Assembly (NCBI GenBank): GCA_021802705.1
Contig: JAJZRL010000005.1
Location: forward strand, 1-61,938
From: a bacterium
GTDB lineage: Bacteria > Patescibacteriota > Minisyncoccia > Phycocordibacterales > Phycocordibacteraceae
Length of the DNA stretch: 61,938 nt
Direction of reading: 5' to 3'
The notes under the pieces were generated by a model. That model was not told where the DNA came from and made no database searches. It worked only from the letters and a program-made list of their open reading frames with translations. Positions 9,856 to 18,265 of the stretch are shown piece after piece. Made by a program: the position numbers and the translations under genes. The first letter of the stretch is position 1. Each line of letters starts with the position of its first letter.

Positions 9856-9948
9856 CTAGCGGCGCTTCTTTGCGGCCTTGCGCTTCGTAGTCTTCTTCGC
9901 GGCTTTCTTTGCAGTCTTTTTCACTGCCTTACGCTTCTTTGCTGCCAT
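9856..9948 (-). CDS. Candidate 30-aa Lys/Ala-rich basic peptide
   Basis: ATG GCA GCA AAG AAG ... CGC CGC TAG translates to MAAKKRKAVKKTAKKAAKKTTKRKAAKKRR. It is below the 60-aa cut-off of the ORF track. An AT-rich upstream region and a downstream hairpin flank it. Confidence 0.35.
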   Translation of the reverse strand: MAAKKRKAVKKTAKKAAKKTTKRKAAKKRR

Positions 9949-10157
9949 GGTGGTTGCGAATTAGAAATGATGGCTGATATGTCGACCCGTTCACGCATGA
10001 AAGATTTTCATGTGCAAACGTTTCTATCCGATATTATCGCGCGCAAAAAAAATTTTTGTGCGCGGTGCGCGCATCATGTGTGGATAACTGCGAAAAATTT
10101 TTTACAAAAATATTCGCGGTAAAAAAAATTGTTCCGTGCAAAAATATTTTCGATGCC

Positions 10158-13100
10158 TTACTGCGAGTTCCACTTCGCGCGAGAGATCGGACCGAAGTAT
10201 CCGACGCTCGGTCTGACGCCGGTATCCCTCTGCCATGCGCCAACTGCCGCGCGCGTCTCGTCGCCGAAGTATCCAGTCGCGCCGGCCGCTATCGCATACC
10301 CCATCGCGATAAGCGATTGCTGAAGGCACCTCACTTCCTCGCCCCTCGATCCTATCGAAAGGTCGGTGGTAAAGACGCACGACGCGTGCGGGGGCGTGGT
10401 ATTCGCCGGAGTCGAGGTGCCGCCCAGAAGCGCAGCTTCGACTTGCGCGATCGTATCGGCGCTCGCGCCAAATGAAGAGAGGAGCGAGAGGAGCGATTCG
10501 ATCTGCGCATGCGAAAGCGGCGAGACGCTCGACGCGAGCGGAGCGGTCGTGCCCTGCGCGCCGGTCGTCGTGCTCGTCGTCAAAGCGACGGGAACGAGCG
10601 GCGGGAGCGACGGCGGCGGTTCTGAAACAGAAGCCGAGCCGCCGGTATACGAAACGACCGAGCTGCCGATGCTATTGCACGGGATAGTGAAGGAGTAGGT
10701 GTTCGAGTCGGTCGTCTGCCCGAGAACGTCGGTAGCCGCAACGTACCAGTTGTGCGAAGTATTGCAGGCGGGAGATTGCGTGAGGGTGAACGAGGTCGTC
10801 GTGCTCGCGAGCGACCCGCTCGCGGCGGTTCCGTCGAGATACAAAACGTAAGAGGAGAGGCCGCCCCACGAGTCGCTCGACGGATTCCACGAGAAAGAAG
10901 TGCTGTTCGTGATTGCCGTGTTGCTCGGAGAAACGAGCGAGAACGCGGCGGGAGCGTCGTTCGCGACGGTGAAAGTATGCGTCGTGTAGCCTTTGGTATA
11001 GGTGAAGGTGAGAGAACCGCTCGTATTCGTCGTGCTTGAGGCGAGATACGTCCCGTCAACCGCGATGCCGTATGTCGTGCTTGAGGCGAGGTCGCCCACC
11101 GTATGCACCGTCGAAGTGGCTATGGGGGACGACTCCGTCCAGACCTTCTTATAGTCGCCGCTCGTGTCCCACGTGGTGATGCCGATATCCATCCATTGCG
11201 CGTAGTTTCCGGCGCCGAAACCTCCGACCGGAGTAACCGTGAGCGCGGCGGTCGCGGCGCTCGACGTCGCGGTGGTATAGCGATACTTCCCGTTCGCGTA
11301 TATGCGGATATCGCCGGTGCGCTCGACGGGATCCGTCCCCATCATGTAGGGAGGCTGGTACTCGTATGGGCCGATGTCGGGCGTGCCGTAGATGGGGTTG
11401 CCGAGGATGTCGGTCGTACGTCCGGGCACGGATGTTCCCGCATCGATGTCGGGAGAGAGGTAATTGAGGGAGAAATCGTTTGCCGAAGGGTTCGAGAGGA
11501 GGGGGTTCACGTCTTCCTGGTTGTTCACGCCCTTGTAGGTGGTTTCCCAGGTGGTGTCGCCGGCGACGTCCCAGTTATTGTTCGACGCGGTAAAACCCGG
11601 AACGTTTGCAGGCGGGAGCGGGTATGGGAACTTGAAAGAGGAGCCGTTGTCCGCCACGATATTGTTCTTCACCTGCGCGCCCGGAGCCCCGAGAGATGTC
11701 GAGAAACCGGCACCGCCATTGCCGTATGAGAGGTTGTTATAGATCTTCGGGCTTTGCGGAAGCGACATGCTGATGCCGGTCGTGGTATTGTCGGCAGCGA
11801 TAGAGTTCTGCAGGGTATCGTAACCGTTCAGAGATATGCCCGCATAGTTGCCGTATGCTTCGACGCCGTTCATCGTCGAGTAACTTGACGGAAGGTTGAA
11901 TCCTGAAACGTTCGCATAGCGCGCGATGATGTTGTTGAAGACGTGATACCCGTCGCCGGATGTGTCATTGTCATACACTCCATAATTGCGCGTCCCCGCC
12001 TCGATATGGAGCGTCGAGATGTCTTCGCCGGATCCAAGGCGGTAGTAGAGGGTGCTCGTGGCGAAGTACCACGCCCCGGGGGGGAGAGTCGCCGCGCTCG
12101 CGCCCTCCGTGCGCGCCGTGAGGCTCGAGATAGTCGCTCCGGCCGCGAGCACGGTCGAGGTCGCCGTTACCGCCTTTTCATAGGTATTCGCATTGCCGCC
12201 GCTGTAGACGCTCCAGCCGCCGGACTCGTCAGTGCTTCCCCAGATCTCGGGCTTCTGGGTCGCATCGGCAGCTTCGAACGTGATAGGGAGCGAGGCGGTA
12301 CCGCTGTTGGTGATAGAAAGCGTCTCCCGATACGGGACGCCGCTATTCTTCACGATCTTGACCGTGTCCCCTGCCTCTACGGTCTCCCCCGCTTTCGCAA
12401 GCGTCGCCCAGGGTGCCGCTTGCGAACCGGGATTGTTGTCATTCCCCGCAACGTTGTCGACATAGAAAGTATAGGGGACGGCATAGCCGGGAACGACGTT
12501 CAGCGTGAACGTCGAGGTCGAAGTTGCAGTCGCGCCGTTGTTATCGACGGCCTTCACGTACCATGTGTGGGTACCCGCGGAAAGAGGGGTGGAGACTATC
12601 GTTGTCGTCGCGGAGATGTTATCGACGGCAAGAGAACCGTCGATGTAGAGCTCATACTTGCTGATGCCGTAATAATCCACCATGTCTTGCCAGGAGAACG
12701 TCGGCGTGGTGCTCGAGGCGATGGCGTTATCGGCGGGCGCGGTTATATCGAAAGGAAGATGCTTGACGATGACCATCTTCGGATCGCCGACGATGACCTC
12801 TTTCCAGTTCCACTCCGGAAACGCCATGCCGAAACTGTCGGCGAGATTATATCCGCTCGCGTAGCGCGGGAAGAGGGTAGCGGGGTTCGAGAGACCGTTC
12901 GTATACGGCTCACTCGTATACCCCGCTCCTCCCGTCATCCCCTCGGCGAGCCAGTCCGCGATAAGCGACTGACCGTAGGTCGCGGGAAGGTTGAAGGTGC
13001 GGCCGGATGTCGAGACGGCGGTATCGCCGATCGAACCGTTGATCCATGTGTTGTAGGGAATGGAGTTCGTCGTCGTCGCGTTGCCGTCGTTGCTTCCCCA

Positions 13101-13991
13101 GCTGTAGTAGCCGAGGACGTTGTCCTGGTAGGTGAGGTAGGTATTCGTGAGGTCGAGCTTGACGTTGAAGCCCATCGCATCGAGCGTGCTCGACGCGGAG
13201 ACCATCTCGCCGTTTACGAAATTGTAGCCGTTATTTGCGCTCGGCGGGCTATACCCTTTTCCGGGAGCCGTATCGAGTACGAAAGTTCCCTGTGTCGTGG
13301 TCGTCGAGATCGCCGAACGGTCGATCATGCTTTCCACGTCGGCGATCGTGTAACCGGTCAATCGCGTGACGATATAGAAGCCGTAGGTCACGCTCGAGAA
13401 GCTGCCGGACTGGTTGTAGTACGGGTTGTTAAGCGCGACGAACGACGGATTGAACGAGATATCAGAACTGTATTTGCCAAGTATCAAAGAAAGCGCCTGG
13501 TCGACCGATGGGCCGCCGCTCGGAATCACGTTCGGAATGGTGATGTCAAGCGGCACGCCTTTCGTCGTGATGATGTAATTGGTGCTTGAGGCGAGATTGT
13601 TCGTGGTGAGAAAGTTCTCTACGGGGGTCTGTATGTCGGTCTTGAAGGTGGTGGTGCTGATAGTCTCTACGGCGGGCGTATTGATATGGACGACGTGGGA
13701 AGCGGGGAAACTCCGGGCGGCGATGAAATAATTCGCGATGGTCGTCGATGTCGCCGACGCGTCATTCACCACGAGGATGGTGTCGTTGTAATTATAGTAA
13801 CTGTCTGCGTGGGCATGCGGTACGGAAAATAAAAAAAGCGGGGCGAAGAACCCGGCAAAAGAGACGGCGGCTAGGAAGAGGGGATGACGTATGAAAAGGG
13901 AACGAATGTCGTATCGAAATGGGATTGAATCTTGCGTGTCGTTCATTGATGGCTTCTGTGAAAACGTCGTGGTGTTGGGGCATACTAGCAC
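10158..13991 (-). CDS. Giant multidomain cell-surface protein (N-terminal anchor/signal, Ig/Fn3-like segments, parallel beta-helix repeats, C-terminal peptidoglycan-binding domain)
   Basis: 1277 aa. N-terminal hydrophobic LFLAAVSFAGFFAPLFLFSVPHAHA. Beta-helix-like NN-repeats (NNIIARYANVSGFN, NNLSYGNGGAGF, NNIVADNGSS). C-terminal PG_binding_1-like LSIGSRGEEVRCLQQSLIAMGY...GYFGDETRAAVGAWQ. The true start may be the internal ATG at 13946. Confidence 0.8.
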   Translation of the reverse strand: MLVCPNTTTFSQKPSMNDTQDSIPFRYDIRSLFIRHPLFLAAVSFAGFFAPLFLFSVPHAHADSYYNYNDTILVVNDASATSTTIANYFIAARSFPASHVVHINTPAVETISTTTFKTDIQTPVENFLTTNNLASSTNYIITTKGVPLDITIPNVIPSGGPSVDQALSLILGKYSSDISFNPSFVALNNPYYNQSGSFSSVTYGFYIVTRLTGYTIADVESMIDRSAISTTTTQGTFVLDTAPGKGYSPPSANNGYNFVNGEMVSASSTLDAMGFNVKLDLTNTYLTYQDNVLGYYSWGSNDGNATTTNSIPYNTWINGSIGDTAVSTSGRTFNLPATYGQSLIADWLAEGMTGGAGYTSEPYTNGLSNPATLFPRYASGYNLADSFGMAFPEWNWKEVIVGDPKMVIVKHLPFDITAPADNAIASSTTPTFSWQDMVDYYGISKYELYIDGSLAVDNISATTTIVSTPLSAGTHTWYVKAVDNNGATATSTSTFTLNVVPGYAVPYTFYVDNVAGNDNNPGSQAAPWATLAKAGETVEAGDTVKIVKNSGVPYRETLSITNSGTASLPITFEAADATQKPEIWGSTDESGGWSVYSGGNANTYEKAVTATSTVLAAGATISSLTARTEGASAATLPPGAWYFATSTLYYRLGSGEDISTLHIEAGTRNYGVYDNDTSGDGYHVFNNIIARYANVSGFNLPSSYSTMNGVEAYGNYAGISLNGYDTLQNSIAADNTTTGISMSLPQSPKIYNNLSYGNGGAGFSTSLGAPGAQVKNNIVADNGSSFKFPYPLPPANVPGFTASNNNWDVAGDTTWETTYKGVNNQEDVNPLLSNPSANDFSLNYLSPDIDAGTSVPGRTTDILGNPIYGTPDIGPYEYQPPYMMGTDPVERTGDIRIYANGKYRYTTATSSAATAALTVTPVGGFGAGNYAQWMDIGITTWDTSGDYKKVWTESSPIATSTVHTVGDLASSTTYGIAVDGTYLASSTTNTSGSLTFTYTKGYTTHTFTVANDAPAAFSLVSPSNTAITNSTSFSWNPSSDSWGGLSSYVLYLDGTAASGSLASTTTSFTLTQSPACNTSHNWYVAATDVLGQTTDSNTYSFTIPCNSIGSSVVSYTGGSASVSEPPPSLPPLVPVALTTSTTTGAQGTTAPLASSVSPLSHAQIESLLSLLSSFGASADTIAQVEAALLGGTSTPANTTPPHASCVFTTDLSIGSRGEEVRCLQQSLIAMGYAIAAGATGYFGDETRAAVGAWQRDTGVRPSVGYFGPISRAKWNSQ

Positions 13992-14054
13992 AAGACGCTC
14001 GTGGGTTACAAACCCTTGATTTTTCCGTAGAAACTGGCGGAAATACTGCTGTAA

Positions 14055-15071
14055 TCAGCCGAAGGTCTCCACTTCCCTCTCGAGAACGATACCCGTTGCA
14101 TCGTAGACGCGGCGCGCGACCTCCTGCGCGAGCGCATCGACTTGCGAGGCCGTCGCGCCCTCACGCGCGACGATGACGAGCGGCTGCCGTTCATACAGTC
14201 GCACCGGCCCGCTCGCGTACCCCTTGAGCGAAAGGGCGCGGTCGAGAAGCCACGCGAGCGACACCTTCGCCATGCCGTCTCCTTGGGGAAACACGGGCAT
14301 CTCAGGATATCGCGCGCGAAGCGTTGCGACTGAAGCATCCGAGATGACAGGGTTCTTAAAGAAAGAGCCCGCGGTTCCCTCTTCGGAGGGGTCCGGAAGC
14401 TTCTGAGAGCGTATCGCCCGCACGGCTGCCGCGATCTCGGGCGGGGTCGAAAGAGGAGTGCCGGCCTCACGCGCGCGAGCGAGATCCGGGTATCCGACGC
14501 GCGGCGTTCCGAGCGTCGTGAGGCGCAAAGCGACACGCACGATGACGTGCGCTCTGCTCTCTTTGAAAAAACTCGAGCGGTACGCGAATGCGGATTCGGC
14601 GCGCGTGATGCGAACGAGCGCGCCGGTCGTGGTGTCGATGCTGTCGGCGTACTCAAAGACATCCGCAAGCTCCGCGCCATACGCGCCGATATTCTGCACC
14701 GTCGCACCGCCGACAGTCCCGGGGATGCCGGCGAGGTTCTCGATGCCGGAAAGCCCGCGCGAGACGGCAGTGTCGACAACGGCATCCCACCTGACACCCG
14801 CGCCGGCGATGAGCCGGTAAGAGCCGTCATTCCCGGGCTCGAAAACGATGTCGCGCGACGCTACCTTGAGCACGACGCCTTCGACGCCTTCATCTTTCAC
14901 GAGCACGTTGCTGCCTGCGCCGAGCGGATAGAGCGGCAGAGCGCGGCGCTTGGCGATGCCAAGCGCCGCGCGTATGTCTTCTTCGGTGTCCGCCTCTATA
15001 AAAACACGAGCCGGCCCGCCGATATGAAATGTCGTGTGGGGCGCAAGCGGAATACCGCTCCTTACGATCAT
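14055..15071 (-). CDS. murB: UDP-N-acetylenolpyruvoylglucosamine reductase
   Basis: 338 aa. LAPHTTFHIGGPARVFIEA and PLGAGSNVLVKDEG (FAD-binding) plus a MurB C-terminal domain. Confidence 0.9.
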   Translation of the reverse strand: MIVRSGIPLAPHTTFHIGGPARVFIEADTEEDIRAALGIAKRRALPLYPLGAGSNVLVKDEGVEGVVLKVASRDIVFEPGNDGSYRLIAGAGVRWDAVVDTAVSRGLSGIENLAGIPGTVGGATVQNIGAYGAELADVFEYADSIDTTTGALVRITRAESAFAYRSSFFKESRAHVIVRVALRLTTLGTPRVGYPDLARAREAGTPLSTPPEIAAAVRAIRSQKLPDPSEEGTAGSFFKNPVISDASVATLRARYPEMPVFPQGDGMAKVSLAWLLDRALSLKGYASGPVRLYERQPLVIVAREGATASQVDALAQEVARRVYDATGIVLEREVETFG

Positions 15072-17248
15072 TGCCCCGCCGTATTCGCTCGTATCTGCGC
15101 TATCGCGGCGGCGCCGGCAGAAGCCGCTTCGGGGTACAGAGCGACCGCCTTGTTGATGGTCGCGATGGCGTCCGCCTTGTCGCCTCCGGCGTAGTATGCC
15201 GCCGCGAGCCCGAACCAGGTATCGACGAGCGCGCCGGGCGCTGCGGCGCGCATCTTCCAGATACGTATGAGCTGCGGCCAGTCTTTGGTGCGATAGTAAG
15301 CGACCGCGAGGATATCGCTGTCGACGGTCGTCGTACCGTACGCGCCAAGAAGGATCTTGTCGGCGGTTGCCGTATCGCCGACCGCGATATCGCCCGCGGC
15401 GGCGTATGCGGCGAGATTCGTAAACTGCGGGCCGAGCGCGTATGCCTTGTTGAAATCAGCCTGCGCCGCTTTCGCATTCCCCGCATCCCACTCCGTCGCT
15501 CCCGCCTCGATCCAGATATCCTCTTTCCCGGGCGAAAGGGCCTCGGCGGCTGTTATCTCCTTAAGAGCGTCTGTGCTGTCGCCGGCAACACGGTACGCAT
15601 AGGCGAGCTGGAGCCGCTCGCGGGCGTCAAGCGGATACGCGGCGACCTGCTTCTTCATCTCGCTTATGGCAAGCGAGACGGCTTGCTGTTTTTCCGCGGT
15701 CGTCGCCGTCTGGCTCTGCGCGAGCGTCGCGGCGAACGAGACGAGCTGTTCCCGGATCTCCTGCGCGGCAAACGCCGGATGCTGCACGAGATCCTCGAAA
15801 ACGGCGATGTTCGCGGACGGACCGTTCGGGGAGGGCGATATCGCGGTGATGAGCTCGCTTGCCGCGGTCATCCCCGGGATGTTCACGAACCAGACAGCCG
15901 CGAACGCGGCGACTCCCGCGATGGGAAGCGCAAAGGTCGCGCCATCGGTCGATGTTATTTCGGGCGCACGCTCGAAAAACGCGATAGGCCGCGCGACCTG
16001 AGAATCGATGAGCGCGAGTATCGCGAAGAAGTAGACATACGAATACAGGTTGTCGAAAACGAAGAGGTTATGACAGGCGTAGCCGGCGAGCGCGGCGGTG
16101 AGCGCGATACGCTCGGGACGCGAAAGCTCGCTGCTCTTCCAAAGGAGCCAGATAGCGGAGGCGAAGAGAGAAAGGTACAGAAGGAAGGCCGGCACGCCGC
16201 CTGCGACAAGCCAGTCGATGAAGGCGTTGTGCGCCCTATCAAACCACGGCTCCTGCTGGTAGAGCGAAGGGTCGTAGAACTGATTGAAAACATAGTTGAA
16301 ACCCTCCTGTCCCCAACCGACGATCGGGCGCTCGAGGACGCCCTCGAAGGCCATGTGCCAGATAGTGAAGCGCGTCTGCCCGTCGGCGAGAGAAATGGAA
16401 GCGATGCGAGCAAGCGCGTCATTCCCCTGCACGAAAGCGGAGTGGCGCGCGAGGTAGAAACTGCCGGAGAGAATGACGATGAGCGCGAGCGCGAGCGCCG
16501 CCATGCGGCGGGCGTGCTTCCCCGCCGTAACCGCGGTGAGAAATGCCGCGAGCGCGAGACCGCCCACAAGGCCAAGCACCGTGCCGCGTGTCTCGGTCAA
16601 GACGATGAGCACCGCCTCGAGCACGGCGAACGCGACAAGCAACCACTTGAGCCACTGGCGCTTCTCCGTAAGCGCGAGCCACCCTGCGATGAAGATATTG
16701 AAGAGGAGGTAGATGGCGAAGTATGCGGAATTACCGAACGAAGAGTCGATGCGCGTCGAACCCTGGTGTATCTGCATGACGCCCATCTGCTGCAGGATGC
16801 CATGAGCGGAAACGATGACCGCGACGCCGAGCGACGCGAGGAACCACGCGCGCCACTTCTTTTCCACGCGCAACACCGCAGACGCCGCAAGGAAGAAGCC
16901 GAGGAGATGGATGAGGAGCACCCAGCCTTCCATGCGCTCGAAATTGCTCCAGAAAGCTTTCGCGACGTTGATAGCGAAGAGATCGGCGACGAACATCCAC
17001 GCGACAAAACCCAAAACCGCCGCGCCGATCCAGGAAAAACGGGGCCGGTATTCCTTATCGAGAAGCGCGAGCACAGCCCACGCCGCAACCGCTATCTCGA
17101 CAAGGATACGGAAATAGAAGGCCTTTCCGGTGATGAAGGGAAAAAAGAAGCTGTGGACGACAATGAGCGGCGCAAGCGGGATAAGAAAGAGCGCTCCGAG
17201 CGCTACGAACCGTGCGATTTGTTTCGCCACTCCTGTTTCTTTTTGCAT
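15068..17248 (-). CDS. O-antigen ligase/Wzy_C-family polytopic membrane protein fused to C-terminal TPR repeats
   Basis: About 12 TM segments, then a soluble tail of TPR-like AxxAYxxA repeats. The track ORF opens at 17362; ATG 17248 (MQKETGVAKQ) is preceded by TATAGT. It overlaps the murB start by 4 nt. Confidence 0.75.
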   Translation of the reverse strand: MQKETGVAKQIARFVALGALFLIPLAPLIVVHSFFFPFITGKAFYFRILVEIAVAAWAVLALLDKEYRPRFSWIGAAVLGFVAWMFVADLFAINVAKAFWSNFERMEGWVLLIHLLGFFLAASAVLRVEKKWRAWFLASLGVAVIVSAHGILQQMGVMQIHQGSTRIDSSFGNSAYFAIYLLFNIFIAGWLALTEKRQWLKWLLVAFAVLEAVLIVLTETRGTVLGLVGGLALAAFLTAVTAGKHARRMAALALALIVILSGSFYLARHSAFVQGNDALARIASISLADGQTRFTIWHMAFEGVLERPIVGWGQEGFNYVFNQFYDPSLYQQEPWFDRAHNAFIDWLVAGGVPAFLLYLSLFASAIWLLWKSSELSRPERIALTAALAGYACHNLFVFDNLYSYVYFFAILALIDSQVARPIAFFERAPEITSTDGATFALPIAGVAAFAAVWFVNIPGMTAASELITAISPSPNGPSANIAVFEDLVQHPAFAAQEIREQLVSFAATLAQSQTATTAEKQQAVSLAISEMKKQVAAYPLDARERLQLAYAYRVAGDSTDALKEITAAEALSPGKEDIWIEAGATEWDAGNAKAAQADFNKAYALGPQFTNLAAYAAAGDIAVGDTATADKILLGAYGTTTVDSDILAVAYYRTKDWPQLIRIWKMRAAAPGALVDTWFGLAAAYYAGGDKADAIATINKAVALYPEAASAGAAAIAQIRANTAGQ

Positions 17249-17276
17249 AGTGAGAACTACTATAGCACATGCCCTA

Positions 17277-17316
17277 CGCGCAAAAACACCCTGCTCTGGC
17301 AGGGTGTTTTTGCGCG
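17277..17316. terminator. Perfect 18-bp hairpin downstream of the 17335..18177 gene
   Basis: cgcgcaaaaacaccctgc-tctg-gcagggtgtttttgcgcg, located 19 nt after the stop at 17335. Confidence 0.6.
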
Positions 17317-17334
17317 TAAGACCCGCCTTCCCCG

Positions 17335-18177
17335 CTAGAACCTCCAGCTGAAGAGACCCCACTGGCCCTGCTCTTTCTGGGCGAGGCTTTCAAGATTGAC
17401 CTGCTGCGTTTCCATCGCCGCTATCTGCGCGGAAAGCGTCGCTTTGACGTCCGCCGATACGTTCGCCTGATTGAGAAGCTGCATGAGCGTCTGGATGCGC
17501 TGCTGGTTTTGCGTAACTTCATCTTTGATAGCAGCGGCTGCCGCGCTGTCGCCGCCAAAGAAAAGCCGCGTCCAGAATCCGCGCGCCTCAATCTGCGCTT
17601 CGGCATCTGTCGTCGTCGCGACTGAAGCGTCTACCTGCTGCGCGATCTGCGACACCTCCTGTCCGATACCACCGAGAAGCGGTTTCGCGGCAAGGAGCGC
17701 GTGCACCGCGAGACGCACGTCGTTCGCGTTTTTCACGATGCCCCTATCAGCGGCCGTCGTGCTCGCCTCCTCCTGATCAAGCTCCTGCTTGCGTGTATCA
17801 ATCATCTGCTTGAGCTCTGCGAGCGAAAAGGCTTCCGTCGTCGTGCTCTCAAGCCCGAGGAAGAGCGGCGAGTTCGCGTGTTCCATCGCCCGCTCGGCGG
17901 CGTGCTGCCTTATCTCCATGAGCGCCCGCTCGGTAGAGGTCGCATGGTCGCTCCCCCGCCCTTCCTGAGCGCGCCCTTCTCCCGAGGCGCTTCCGCCAGC
18001 CCCCATCTCCACCATCATGCTTGTCGAGGCGTTCGCGTTTTCTCCCTGCGTATCCATCTGCGCGCCCATGGTCGCTCCGACTGACACGCCGCTATCAGCG
18101 TGCGCAACCGCCATCGGAACACCTCCCGTGGCAAGCGCCAGTACCGCAGTCCCTGCTGTATAAAGATATTTCTTCAT
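17335..18177 (-). CDS. Secreted helical/coiled-coil hypothetical protein
   Basis: 280 aa. Signal-like MKKYLYTAGTAVLALATGGVPMAVAHA. The remainder is Ala/Gln/Glu-rich and helical. No family recognised. Confidence 0.55.
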   Translation of the reverse strand: MKKYLYTAGTAVLALATGGVPMAVAHADSGVSVGATMGAQMDTQGENANASTSMMVEMGAGGSASGEGRAQEGRGSDHATSTERALMEIRQHAAERAMEHANSPLFLGLESTTTEAFSLAELKQMIDTRKQELDQEEASTTAADRGIVKNANDVRLAVHALLAAKPLLGGIGQEVSQIAQQVDASVATTTDAEAQIEARGFWTRLFFGGDSAAAAAIKDEVTQNQQRIQTLMQLLNQANVSADVKATLSAQIAAMETQQVNLESLAQKEQGQWGLFSWRF

Positions 18178-18265
18178 AAGTAACTTGATGCCAATAATAA
18201 TTAGGCTGCGAGTTAGACCTTTCGTGCCTCCCCCTAGTATAAAACGGCCGCGGGCACAGTATCCG

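Noticed and set aside
10038-10064. An A/T-rich imperfect palindrome cgcgcgcaaaaaaaatttttgtgcgcg as the terminator of the 10158..13991 gene
   Set aside because: The stem is mostly A-T with an offset G, and it lies about 95 nt past the stop. It could equally be part of the curved AT-rich promoter region of the small basic ORF, so it is too ambiguous to call.
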